Below are positions 58,601 through 64,000 of a stretch of 64,000 nucleotides of DNA, piece after piece. This DNA comes from Deltaproteobacteria bacterium (GTDB lineage: Bacteria > Myxococcota > Kuafuiibacteriia > Kuafuiibacteriales > Kuafuiibacteriaceae). The notes under the pieces were generated by a model. The model searched no databases and was not told where the DNA came from. It was given only the letters and a program-made list of their open reading frames with translations. The number at the start of each line of letters is the position of its first letter. Position 1 is the first letter of the stretch. The stretch lies in assembly GCA_040218735.1 (NCBI GenBank), contig JAVJQW010000041.1, forward strand, positions 1 to 64,000, written 5' to 3'. Made by a program: the position numbers and the translations under genes.

Positions 58601-58969
58601 GCCGGGTTCGAACACGCCTGGGACGACGAGCTGAAGGCACACCTGCTCCACCAGATCCGCGGTGAGTACGACGCGACCGACGACGAGCGCGGCGCGGCGG
58701 AGAGCATCGGCCTCCTCAAGATGATGGAGGCCGAGGTCGGGATGGTGATGAACTTCTCCGACGGCCAGGGCATGCCGGGCGCCGAGGACGTGATGCGCTC
58801 GGCGAAGGACGACGGGTTCAGCTTCCTCACGGTCGGGGTCGGACCGGACTGCGTGGGTGTCAGCCGCCTCGGCCCGTACGGCCTGTACGCGCGCAACCTC
58901 GCGCAGATGATCCAGAAGATGGCGCCGAGCATGGCGAAGAGCTGGGAGCTCGCCGGGAGGCTGGCGTGA
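46646..58969 (+). CDS. Giant midasin/Rea1-like protein: six tandem MoxR/dynein-related AAA+ modules, helical linker, two VWA(MIDAS) domains
   Basis: 4107 aa. Intact Walker A/B 'GPASSGKT'/'LMADEWN' (aa ~692) and 'GNTGTGKT'/'YIGDEP' (aa ~1022); four degenerate modules, each with an 'HPxFRLV'-type strand; MIDAS 'DQSGS' (aa 3574) and 'DESSS' (aa 3939). Confidence 0.85.
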   Translation: MGDGIEPKRTFRPYERTRVDDGSSPAIDDAHTKKRDADAPGKDLVGDVFQATHQIDDDAEQAKFRAKDATTERARADHVEAKDRLTVGGATYKLDAAAKRSMTALEPNRQVIAAVDGAIRAGRPLLLSAAPGSGAAYTTEWALRAMDRPHEIARLSKNTPLEALVGALRPEDGNALRVKDGPLTRAIRDGRVMVIDSVERADPQVRAALKALAAGLKRFHHPVSGELIDVHPEFRLVMIGDQRERRLGSQLGVRTVREIRAYDEAEHRRLLVDQVGLPEELAGRLAQFHEDVMEKVDASDLDFSRGFPLGWSMLERVGRRLASARDPDDAEIGRALMGVYGARLTKSHHRDAFQGLLEDLDAWPPKQRPARNSADESFVRTPRIDRILAQAEDALVAGEMLHLRGAGQSGITTLVEEIAQRRGQELVTIVGHSGLDAQTLVERPTFDEAGDLYFKPGRITRALLEGGILFVDHLDQLPREQQNAIFALRDMKTIRVLEGDTIVDKKVDPRARIVMSTTTGHVRGRATPEASDRAMATEIAVDAPDLDEVTGPFIDRLVPGRERLKERLSDVIYDLDAEGSIPRLNRLQRMTDFVRTAELLSESGFTNKGAIARALRMVFDPKESDVLTELDSAKPMDDDVEGPLWQRVLGLSDKDVASSLDKTGYRITNSMHAHLDALAIAHRLGRPVRSIGPASSGKTVLGSVFGALIDKSVVRTNFSQSTEGQSLLSAMAPVSEGERTIFKESLGPARTAAQTKSLLMADEWNLSRQGQMALKSALDKRGRLIDPEADIEESFAESFFYAAQNENDPALGRYEPPPEVADCMFTIFVDPRPVDEKIEVVKSQCDLKGEHIEPIANVFADLEVLVERGKLSSQVAPITATERDILKAARMAHYLIERDRVRGPDEQRQLVGREVFRVIRDQLASPEEREMVLDLVRKRFGDDIEAPPRPNGVEKVTVEVDGESVEMVQIGSARFPVRVLPEELQKDVPKLDGIRDPVGIQFEFLESVLLGAELKEPVAVVGNTGTGKTMLMKWLAHHLNQPVIEQPFNADMTEEHLFGAQVIGRGGKITFKYGDIPTAIKNGYWYIGDEPTTLGHSVREALNPVTERSEIQIAQKRPPETIPAKDWDPQFRYFETANGDDIRQDGYSAPEASRRRMVVLPELDTIEDYEAVARRDYQSEGFEPIEGLKRTDENRAAVRDAILELVGPSAFNEALVRAFEGEEVEPVQHVPSIELTDADAKTIVEALSIYTYKKKDASVRELLTDLLAASTGQAAFRAAPSIDPEVLSPRAKEALGGAAVVEGRLVNPDEVMAATELFFSLRELQRDAPDASLTPLTPRIYGTFMDALVQLRTRRSFGAALMRASEMFLAPKLPASVRKDLTAHVEDRAHVGDETPASVPEQLATKVRFGEVYVERGSERPWKPSNERFPLTEPRCRNLQAIGEAVELGRGRPISITDDENGEAVETLREFGRITGRRVTEVTLPPNVELEQLLERLVVSATSKSGFEPELQQIAQAIKDGHTLVLRGCGQVSTNRLERLNSLGDGRNAVHCPVSGEWLEAHPQFRLVMMRTPDSVEKYSAALENRLVTPPLTTQHVPTTEAARESRAAELAAVLRERCEMSRDTADKLGVFHVYLNHMLREGRFASGRAVGTFLNHDAESVGRRLAWLVERNEVDDEDEALVELVMSIYGERLATPTDRDKLLALVQKAFSTESTGVDIDATVSPGPNMNRVGPWALTRDPRGRADDLPKAEAVLPEGEVFDQVLQKVSAAAQFDEVIHLTGNDFIADAAVASLARLTTSPVVEVEGNRDMTEAHLFGGTVQDQQTGDFVETEGLIFQAQREGGTVVVKNASTLPPEVLTRLTQIAATGHLQRVKNGVLEEPARTFSLVLRTSEGDPPLARELMSLARTVRCPEIEDGSELVATAAHHLRAVAGGAQIAEELVSFHLMAAKALESESLVGRQQMRIDSARLVEATRDLAELVANGEPLERAVTDVVTRLYLHPLEGMDLSETLEDAFSRLVEALDGWLEIQRVPPIDLVANPEVDALRQDYERVSNDLAGELFASAGDALGVALDKRDAAQVRVVLAALESSSMLPPALAKRAAKLAKSLTGDRLEETAARSITTFSKKLTKSYSAEGDFKEAAHGFLRGARVWDLEYRLQIVGRYHDLFGTLAKAGSGIAQTRLEELERLAERFDGAQAQTRLEASRRAVDAATVRYEQQGGANDPQIDAIFKRLVSTWDLVSTSPIFRAHALPELKDLEKHLVSLEAAYDARGTPTPEFVQLSEAMREASRALEGMRIAEQSADLRRGLARSNQSTEQIVRSLRSEVETIRTLDSAKSRNEVLTQVERRIATATGDGGFLRLDPSGATVTRPEGRSDTEIGVEAAQLAEAEVRLHIAEQTERIMGEVQNLASAPPASPAKVFANYDLEMAPDAPTVKATPAEQHYETQMAALTKSAAAMRTTRTKAHAEALRAKDDERIERMFDARLKQSVQEVGAQIQGSATELIQTIGSVSGALEVDPELAADVHAAVQLLEVARDSAGGWMRRSAEAAYAVGRGILRVGVKIMTFGFGDLPPEQVEPAPELAEAKRAAQRVLERLHAIAVAERQELPDFNELEVHEANTDVLTQQLVSAQTLGELAAKFSKIDTLRQGEDDAGVARHLAAVAGSITRERGMEETLRQVSAFVAGADALSAAAAEGGVPVEMARAVDAVMSAAESVRTQSLAAGAYKNTVRALARAVERIDEMAEEGSVPEILVNVREEIVALEERIQAMFVGRQDLLTIEAGNYREMLRSLGEATGEESSAHVVEAAVSRNLARFDAKAKVAEEDVDRLTECIGGIGERRDSEASANRPSRAARLATINVSFDRASEITFPEIPAEDDESAEEAAAKSEAHALRGEIYDVTKRLEDDVAERSGGLEGETAAALEALDALEASRGVRAMNDALGRLDEVRAAIDTIATKEMDRRTTAREVGLVRNALGRLSSTLRGLESAPDEAIAKVDAVIEGVRPLAAALREDRFQHLARDWAAQARVALTDTRGTIVETIEALPEEKRSGNVVVALESVVDRLTPPIGRLGAWSRSQLLWHAKQRIEATLGHDDAEDPKLAALLEKIDAGVATHAAVADGPEYEEAAADVLGATLDIGAAMIAAKKPNREQLATYETLVGQVDRILAAEVPENDRENITDAIQTVQALTKGKGPVAEAARELSVALGHVRQAENHRTIVAEKQALRASAESYLETVRDARVLLDEAAKAFLDYDPLESEQPLKVTARALRDAVTTASEAMNGPAAVVIARAFLDLQVRLQGLGDGPISAEAGQIVEELDPVVRNARAMAEAKDAPELFTKMVAHFDDKTSAKKKRTDELAKWAQGASEALRALMAVEDAEMPALLASTLDDWFEALKPKTSSAPAAPTVQAEAKPVKPVKSALAGLVDTDRRSVGAALGALAAESRSAPNAPDGERTEGVAQEVENRDAPRAEKGSDLGEIHRDELSGGAVTERSDKIEIVSMDREGLDSIRERMQSAAIDEVHENDGEVLLSEFESFIEENAELVDKMAATLREYPGLETVIVVDQSGSTSKQSNGTSIIDQERAAAALVMAAHMRAERNCAVVGFGNGISSEKPVSAVGGGRWGVDVFVHKPMALKLDAEAANFAYGVTGNCGGGTDFIEPINVGMGQFTSKANNKLVLLLTDAQLHETADVRRKIDTVRDGGVGVAVLGFGAARHVSQLAGEFGEHVSSYEQAIERAHELFLRAVVDNAGRFKGDVDGAADGIGTPQGQHPMEAASSDGPMDTALDLAHPVDIAGDPGEVYAARGPRRELINTVDRGVYERALKALDLKHRSVTKTPSFKRCRQEVAALRRRHEREGTIEALAGAIQPGLPKTRGVEWERKQLSGPSFDERQLVIWAAGRAQGVPVQRIFKRRKGADEAKATVVLAMDESSSMGDSEKMRANLEAMIAYGDALKAIDPEIKIAVVGYGDRVRLHAGFEHAWDDELKAHLLHQIRGEYDATDDERGAAESIGLLKMMEAEVGMVMNFSDGQGMPGAEDVMRSAKDDGFSFLTVGVGPDCVGVSRLGPYGLYARNLAQMIQKMAPSMAKSWELAGRLA

Positions 58970-59415
58970 CGCTGAGGTTCTTCAACGGGCTGCAGATCGA
59001 CGTCCCGAAGGGGTGGACCGATCTGTCGACGGTGATCATCGCGCCGAAGAAGGACGTCGCGCAGGGCGACCGGCCTTCGATCAACCTCGTGGTGAAGCGG
59101 CGCCCCGCCAAGAAGAAAGAGGACGCCGACACGCTGAAGTCCTACCTGTCGTTCATGCGGCAGAGCTTCGGCGAGCTGCACGACCTCGAGACCAAGGACC
59201 TGCTCGTGGGGAACACACGCGCGAAGGCGGTGCGCTTCAAGGCGTACGCCGACGGGCGCTGTTTCACGCAGACCACGATGCTCTACACATCGGCGGGGGA
59301 CGAGATCTCCGCGACGGTGACCCAACTCGACGAGGATCCGACGACCGCGAAAGAGGTCGAGAAGCTCCTCAAGTCCATTCGCCCCGCGGCGGGTGGTGTG
59401 TTCGGAATCAAGTGA
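58966..59415 (+). CDS. DcrB/DUF1795 (PsbP/Mog1-fold)-like protein
   Basis: 149 aa; 'IDVPKGWTDLS', 'PSINLVV', terminal helix 'EVEKLLKSIR'; GTG overlaps the giant gene's TGA. Confidence 0.6.
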   Translation: MTLRFFNGLQIDVPKGWTDLSTVIIAPKKDVAQGDRPSINLVVKRRPAKKKEDADTLKSYLSFMRQSFGELHDLETKDLLVGNTRAKAVRFKAYADGRCFTQTTMLYTSAGDEISATVTQLDEDPTTAKEVEKLLKSIRPAAGGVFGIK

Positions 59416-59428
59416 AGGAAGCGACGAG

Positions 59429-62119
59429 ATGAGCGACGGAGTGAGACTTCAGCCCCAGGTAGCCAAGCCCACCGTGGCGCAGACCGAAGCGCCGGTCGTG
59501 CAGCAGGAGGCGCCCGCGCAGAGCGATGCGATGCGCGACGTCTTCGAGCAGGCGAAGGCCACGCTCGGCGATCAGGCGCAGATGGGGACGCACATGAAGC
59601 GTCTCTCGAGCAGCCCGGTGTTCGAGACCGTGAAGCGCGCGATGGAGCGCTACACGCCGGCGGGCCAGCGCGTTCAGCCGGAGCATGTGCTGCTGCAGAT
59701 GGCGAAGGACCAGGGCCTGAAGCTCCCCGACGGCGCGGAGAAGAAGCTCCTCGACGCCGCGGCGCAGGAGCCCGGCAGCGGCTTCTCGGACAGCATGAAG
59801 CTGCTGGTGGTCGGCGCAAGCCTCCTCGCGGGCGACGCCGGCATGACGACCGAGCACCTGTCGAAGGCGATCGCCGGATCCGAAGGGGTGGCGGGCGAGG
59901 TGCTGAACGCCGCGCTGAAGAACGAGCAGGAGGAGCGCGTGCTCACCGGCGGGACGACGTCGGTCGACGGTGAGTTCAAGAAGCTCGACTCGCCGCTGGT
60001 GAACGAGCTCACCGAGGACCTCGTGTTGCTCGCGCAAGAGGGCTTGCTCGACCGCATCTCGGGTCGCGACAAGGACATCGAGAAGGTCGCGCGGATCCTG
60101 TCGCAGCGTCAGCTCAGCAGCGTGGTGCTCACCGGCGACCAGGGCGTCGGCAAGACGGCCGTGCCCGAGGGCCTCGCGATGATGATCGCGGACGGCAAGG
60201 CCCCCGCCGGGTTCGAGGACACGCGCATCATGAAGCTGCAGCTGTCCCGCCTCGCGAAGAAGTGCAACTGCCCGGGCGGTCCGAGCCCCGAGGACGTGAT
60301 CGCGGAGCTCGCCGCGGAGGTCGCGCAGGCGGCGCGCGCGGAGCCGCCGACGCAGATCGTCTTCTTCATCGACGAGATCGGCCAGAAGCTGCTCCTCGAT
60401 CCGCAGGCGCAGCTCCTCGCGCAGCAGATGAAGGAGTCGCTCGCGCGCGGGCAGCTCAAGATCATCGGCGCGTGCACGACCGACGAGTATCGCCAGTCGG
60501 TCCGTCAGGACCCGGCGCTCGCGAACCGGCTCCAGGCCCACGAGCTGCAGGAGCCGACGCCGCGTCAGGCGGTGCAGATGCTCCTGACCAACATGGAGAA
60601 ATTCGCGTCGTACCACGGCGTCACCTACGACGCGGGCGCGGCGCAGGCGGCGGTGGACATGGCGATCGGCGTCGGGCAGCGCGAGGACTTCCGCCTGCCG
60701 CGCGGCGCGCTCTACTGGATGGACGCCGCGGGTGCGGCGGTGAAGCTGAGCCTCAAGGGCGACCCGCCCAAGGTGCGTGTGCTGCGGCGGCAGATCGACG
60801 ACGCGAAGACGGCGCGGCGGGAGGCGGTCGGTGACTCCGACGGCGCCGAGCGCGTGCGTGACGTGCTGACGAAGCAGATCGACGCGATGGTGGAGCAGCT
60901 GACGGCGCTCCTCCCCGAGGTCGACAAGGAGCGCAAGCTGCGCTCCGACCTCATCACGCTCGGCGAGCAGCTTGCGACGGAGACGATCGCGGACGACCGC
61001 GACACGGATCGCATGGTGGATCTGAAGAAGCAGATCGACGCGATTCACGGCGAGCTGGAGGCGCTGCCGGAGCAGCACTTCTCGACCGTGGTCGACGCGT
61101 ACGCGATCTACAAGACGGTCGCGGACGATCGGGACATCGCGATCGATCGTGTCGTGCCGACGAAGAACGACGAGGCGTTCGAGCCGGCGAAGGTGCTCGG
61201 CAGCCGGGTGTTCGGTCAGGACCACGCGGTGCAGGAGGTCTCGCGGCGGCTCGTCTTGGACCGCGCGAAGCTGCGCGACCCATCGAAGCCGGTCGGCGCG
61301 CACCTGTTCTGCGGCCCGTCGGGTGTCGGCAAGACCGAGCTCGCCAAGGCGCTCGCGGACGAGTTCTACAACGGCGCGTTCGAGAACATCTCGTGTAACC
61401 GGCTGCAGGAGCGGCACGAGCTGGCGATCCTCAAGGGGGCGCCTCCCGGCTACGTCGGCTACGGCGAGACGATCGATCTCGCGGAGACGATCCGGAAGCT
61501 CAACGCGCGGGGCGGCGGTGTGCTGCTGCTCGACGAGATCGAGAAGGCGCACCCGGACATCTTCCCGCTGATCATGCAGATCATGGACGAGGGCTTCTTC
61601 CTCGACAGCAAGGGGAACCAGGTCGACTGCTCGCGCATCCACGTGGTGATGACGAGCAACCTCGGCAACGACATCTTCGCGAAGTACCAGGACGACGGGA
61701 AGTACAAGAACCCGGAGCGCATGGCCGCGGAGTTCGAGCGGGTGCGCGACGGGCGCATCCCGATCGAGGTCACGGGGCGCATCACCGAGATCGGCTCGAT
61801 CGACATCTTCAACCCGACGTCGAAGGCCATCCGCAAGCGCATCGTCGAATCGCAGATCGCGAAGATCGAGCAGTTCGGCGGCGACGGGCGCGCGTTGTCG
61901 ATCTCCGCGTCGCAGGAGGCCGTCCTGCAGCTCGCGACGATCGGCTTCCACCCGCGGCTGGGTGGTCGTGCGTTGAAGGCGGCGATCGCGAAGCACGTCA
62001 CGGACCAGCTCGCGAACGAAGTGATCGCCGGGCGCGTCCCGGACGGGTCGAAGGTGATGGTCGACTTCGACGGCACCAACTTCACGTTCGAGATCGGCAA
62101 GACGGGGGCGATGAGCTGA
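59429..62119 (+). CDS. Divergent ClpB/ClpV-like Hsp100 ATPase
   Basis: 'LDRISGRDKDI', 'GDQGVGKT', 'FFIDEI', coiled-coil middle domain, 'GPSGVGKT', 'LKGAPPGYVGYGE', 'LLLDEIEKAHP'; ATG 59429 with AAGGAAG upstream. Confidence 0.9.
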   Translation: MSDGVRLQPQVAKPTVAQTEAPVVQQEAPAQSDAMRDVFEQAKATLGDQAQMGTHMKRLSSSPVFETVKRAMERYTPAGQRVQPEHVLLQMAKDQGLKLPDGAEKKLLDAAAQEPGSGFSDSMKLLVVGASLLAGDAGMTTEHLSKAIAGSEGVAGEVLNAALKNEQEERVLTGGTTSVDGEFKKLDSPLVNELTEDLVLLAQEGLLDRISGRDKDIEKVARILSQRQLSSVVLTGDQGVGKTAVPEGLAMMIADGKAPAGFEDTRIMKLQLSRLAKKCNCPGGPSPEDVIAELAAEVAQAARAEPPTQIVFFIDEIGQKLLLDPQAQLLAQQMKESLARGQLKIIGACTTDEYRQSVRQDPALANRLQAHELQEPTPRQAVQMLLTNMEKFASYHGVTYDAGAAQAAVDMAIGVGQREDFRLPRGALYWMDAAGAAVKLSLKGDPPKVRVLRRQIDDAKTARREAVGDSDGAERVRDVLTKQIDAMVEQLTALLPEVDKERKLRSDLITLGEQLATETIADDRDTDRMVDLKKQIDAIHGELEALPEQHFSTVVDAYAIYKTVADDRDIAIDRVVPTKNDEAFEPAKVLGSRVFGQDHAVQEVSRRLVLDRAKLRDPSKPVGAHLFCGPSGVGKTELAKALADEFYNGAFENISCNRLQERHELAILKGAPPGYVGYGETIDLAETIRKLNARGGGVLLLDEIEKAHPDIFPLIMQIMDEGFFLDSKGNQVDCSRIHVVMTSNLGNDIFAKYQDDGKYKNPERMAAEFERVRDGRIPIEVTGRITEIGSIDIFNPTSKAIRKRIVESQIAKIEQFGGDGRALSISASQEAVLQLATIGFHPRLGGRALKAAIAKHVTDQLANEVIAGRVPDGSKVMVDFDGTNFTFEIGKTGAMS

Positions 62120-62120
62120 G

Positions 62121-63653
62121 ATGCTGACCGGCCGACTCACCAGCGGCAGGGCGTTCGACGTCCTCCACGCGCCCGTGCTCGACATCGCGCTCGCCGAGAC
62201 GACGTCGAAGTTCGGGCCCGACCTCGCGAAGAGCGAGGCGGCGGTGCGTTGTCACCGCGCGATCGCGGAGCCGCTGCAGAAGGCGTTGGCCAACAGCAAC
62301 GACATCAAGTCGGTGTTCCGCGTCGACGAAGACGATCGCGCCGACCTCGACGTCCTCCAGATCGGCAAGACGCTGTTCCCGATGGTCGTCCGTCAGCTCA
62401 AACACGGGCAGATGGCGATCGAGCTGTACCCGCCGGGGAAGAAAAACGACTTCGACTTCACCGCGGCGAAGCGGCTCGGGGTCGCGGGCCTTTACGGGGC
62501 GAAGAAGAAGGAGCTCGATCGGCTCGTCGTGATTCGGGGCCACGGTCCCGGGACAGACCTCGTCGTCCGCGACAAAAACGTGATTCGCGACGTGTCGTAC
62601 GCGTGGGCGCTCTTCGAGGTCGCCGCGTTTGCGCTGCGGCGCGCGAACGCCCCGAAGAAGGTGACGACCGAGACGCGGTTCGACCCGGTGATGGAGGTCG
62701 ACGTCACCGTCGAGAAGAAGAAGACTTCGGGCGGGCGGCTCGTGGCGGCGCTCCTCGAAGGGAAGCTCGGCGCCCCCGCTGCCGGGCCGGCGCTCGCGCA
62801 CGAGCTGTGCGGGGTCGCGGTGCACCGCGGTCGCACCGTCGCCGTGACGGCGCGGCGCGCGACGGGCGAGGGCGTGCGGGTGCACTTCGAGACGAAGGAC
62901 GGGTGGCGGTCGCTTCCGATTCCGGCGGACACCGCGTGGCCGGTCGGCGGCGTGACCGTCGCGCAGGCCGGCAACAAACTCCACCTGCTCGGCGGCGTCG
63001 ACACCGACGGCGACGTGCTCGACAGCCACTTCACGGTCGACCTCGACAAACTCGACTTCGCAGGAGGCATCGAGAGGGAAGCGAACCTCGATGACCCTTC
63101 GGCGTGGGCGTCCGCGGTCGCCGACGGTCGGGACGTGTTCATCGGCGGCGGCGTCGCGGGCTTCATGGTGAAGGCGGGCGAGCAGCGGCAGCGCGAGAAG
63201 ATCACCAACCGCGGCTTCGCGCTCGTGCGGCGCGGCGGCCTCGCGGAGCGGGCTCCGGCGCCCGGCGACCTCACACGCAGCTACGCGCTCTGTCACGGCG
63301 GCTGTTTGTTCTTCGCGCCCGGCGACGCGCGCGACGGCAAGGTGCGCATCTACGACACCTCGAAGGCCGGCGCCTGGTTGACGTTGCCGAAGCTGCCGGC
63401 GTCGGTGGGGCTCGGACAGCTCTTCGTCGACGACCTGACGCTCTATTACGCGGGTGGCTTCACCGAGGACGGCAAACCGCACGACGGGATCTACGCGCTC
63501 GACCTGTCCGACGCCCGCGCGGAGTGGACGAAGGTCGGCCAGTCGCCGTTCTGCGCGGGGATGAGCCGCCTCGTCGACAAGGGCGACCGCGTCGAAGCCC
63601 TCGCGATCGCGCCCGGACAGAGCGCGGTCTACACGGCGACGGGGGTCGGGTGA
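62121..63653 (+). CDS. Kelch-repeat (beta-propeller) protein with an uncharacterised N-terminal domain
   Basis: 'KLHLLGG', 'DVFIGGG', 'TLYYAGGF', 'W.TLPKLP', 'EWTKV' are Kelch-type repeats in the C-terminal half. Confidence 0.75.
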   Translation: MLTGRLTSGRAFDVLHAPVLDIALAETTSKFGPDLAKSEAAVRCHRAIAEPLQKALANSNDIKSVFRVDEDDRADLDVLQIGKTLFPMVVRQLKHGQMAIELYPPGKKNDFDFTAAKRLGVAGLYGAKKKELDRLVVIRGHGPGTDLVVRDKNVIRDVSYAWALFEVAAFALRRANAPKKVTTETRFDPVMEVDVTVEKKKTSGGRLVAALLEGKLGAPAAGPALAHELCGVAVHRGRTVAVTARRATGEGVRVHFETKDGWRSLPIPADTAWPVGGVTVAQAGNKLHLLGGVDTDGDVLDSHFTVDLDKLDFAGGIEREANLDDPSAWASAVADGRDVFIGGGVAGFMVKAGEQRQREKITNRGFALVRRGGLAERAPAPGDLTRSYALCHGGCLFFAPGDARDGKVRIYDTSKAGAWLTLPKLPASVGLGQLFVDDLTLYYAGGFTEDGKPHDGIYALDLSDARAEWTKVGQSPFCAGMSRLVDKGDRVEALAIAPGQSAVYTATGVG

Positions 63654-64000
63654 TGTTGGCGTATCCGACCGAGCTCAAGACCCGCATCGTGCAGCTGCTC
63701 GAAGACGTCGGGCCGCTCGCGCTCGTGAGCGGGATCGGCTTCGACGCCGATGACGAGGGGCTGCTCGCCGACAACCTGCGTGCCGTGCGCGAGGGCGGGT
63801 GGCGCTTCGTCGAGCTACCCGCCGAGCCGGACGGTGCGCGCCTCGCGCTGGTGGGTGCGTGGCGCGAGGAGGCCGTGGTGGTGCTCGTCCCCGACGCGCT
63901 GCCGCGCCCGCTCATCGAGCTGGTGCGTGCGTTCATCGACAAACGCGACGAGGTCGATCTCGGTGACTTCGAAAAACGTCGTCGCCGCGCCGACCAGAGC
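63653..64000 (+). CDS. Hypothetical protein, truncated by the window edge
   Basis: ATG overlaps the preceding TGA (TGATG); frame open to the end: MLAYPTELKTRIVQLLEDVGPLALVSGIGF…. Confidence 0.65.
   Translation, partial: MLAYPTELKTRIVQLLEDVGPLALVSGIGFDADDEGLLADNLRAVREGGWRFVELPAEPDGARLALVGAWREEAVVVLVPDALPRPLIELVRAFIDKRDEVDLGDFEKRRRRADQS

Noticed and set aside
46646-58969. Eukaryotic contamination as the source of the midasin-like gene
   Set aside because: Intronless, same high-GC codon style as its neighbours, and overlapping start/stop coupling to bacterial-type genes.
58966-62119. Type VI secretion locus (ClpV + DUF1795)
   Set aside because: No sheath, Hcp, VgrG, PAAR or membrane-complex genes in the window; the similarity is limited to two components.
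46544-62185. Very long minus-strand ORFs (46544-50332, 50507-56701, 56870-58651, 59408-62185)
   Set aside because: Antisense shadows of high-GC genes: Arg/Leu/His-rich, no motifs, fully overlapping well-supported plus-strand CDSs.

Overview
This 64-kb window is very GC-rich bacterial chromosome. The gene content (sigma54 activator, HEAT/Gly-zipper proteins, Aur1-like lipid enzyme, RAYT) suggests Myxococcota or a related deltaproteobacterium; this is inference only. The left part holds housekeeping and stress genes: DLH hydrolase, MscS-cNMP channel, rhomboid, two Hsp20, folA plus a TLC/NTT-type transporter divergent from a double-domain thyX, a NorR-like activator with a readable sigma54 promoter driving rubrerythrin/Fe-S oxidoreductase/DUF3501, Usp, BtpA and an inositol-lipid gene pair. 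Two AAA+ systems stand out. (1) 46.6-64 kb: an operon led by a 4107-aa protein with a midasin/Rea1-like architecture (six tandem MoxR/dynein-related AAA modules, only two intact; a long helical linker; two MIDAS/VWA domains), followed by a DcrB/PsbP-like protein, a divergent ClpB/ClpV-like ATPase, a Kelch protein and a further ORF that runs off the edge. (2) 19.4-28.5 kb: three translationally coupled ClpA/B-like ATPases lacking the GYVG pore loop, two of which end in a module resembling class-I peptide release factor without its GGQ domain. Also present are tRNA-Ser(CGA), a 2218-aa HEAT + glycine-zipper membrane protein, two minisatellites and a RAYT-type HUH transposase. No CRISPR array, rRNA or integrase was seen. 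All family calls are by-eye motif recognition; no database searches were run.
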